DNA of 35,746 bases, taken from a virus. Its lineage: Duplodnaviria > Caudoviricetes. The DNA is taken from positions 1 through 35,746 of the IMG/VR virus record IMGVR_UViG_3300024232_000042. One strand, given 5' to 3'. A model generated the notes under the pieces. It saw only the letters and a list, made by a program, of their open reading frames with translations. It did no database searches and had not been told where the DNA came from. The translations under genes were made by a program, and so were the position numbers. This document shows positions 35,611 to 35,746 of this stretch, in pieces. Each line of letters begins with the position of its first letter. The stretch's first letter is position 1.

Positions 35611-35746
35611 TATAGATCCATCCACACCCATCATGGTTAAATCAAAATTAGCTGGGGATATAGAATTGGTCCCTTGGAAAGTCACAGCATCGTTAGTGCC
35701 TCCAAATTCTGACAGATTTTGTGCGAGAGTAGCATACGCTTGCATG
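35611..35746 (+). repeat. Terminal direct repeat, right copy
   Basis: Matches 1-138 with a 2-nt deletion about 10 nt from the contig end. Confidence 0.97.

Noticed and set aside
35281-35745. Stand-alone 154-aa ORF starting MQAY
   Set aside because: Its start exists only because of the 2-nt deletion at the contig tip; it is the C-terminal part of the collagen protein
1-35746. tRNA genes, DGR/retron, recoded stop codons
   Set aside because: No cloverleaf or reverse transcriptase seen; genes tile densely with the standard code

Overview
This window is a complete or near-complete ~35.6 kb circularly permuted tailed-phage genome. Bases 35611-35746 repeat 1-138, and a collagen/BclA-like gene reads in frame across the join. 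The virion module is podovirus-like: TerS, PBSX-type TerL, P22-like portal, scaffold, N4-gp56-type major capsid, adaptor, nozzle, ejection proteins and several fibre/Gly-rich proteins. The early region has a YqaJ/ERF recombination pair, a Cro-like repressor, a wHTH replication initiator with internal 22-bp iterons, RusA, a ParB-MTase fusion and a Tn21-TnpR-like resolvase with a res site. I found no integrase, CI, ParA or endolysin, which suggests an episomal (phage-plasmid-like) element. Gene content points, by inference only, to an intracellular host such as environmental Chlamydiae. The most unusual signals are: an AT-rich moron with Inc-like and SNARE-like membrane proteins; an antisense RNAP alpha-CTD mimic that shares a palindromic two-way RBS with the scaffold gene; a shared structured RNA leader on two late operons; an antisense RNA plus mini-initiator paralog upstream of rep; and a translationally coupled gene array joined by copies of the MTase 3' end. 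All family calls come from motif recognition, not database searches.
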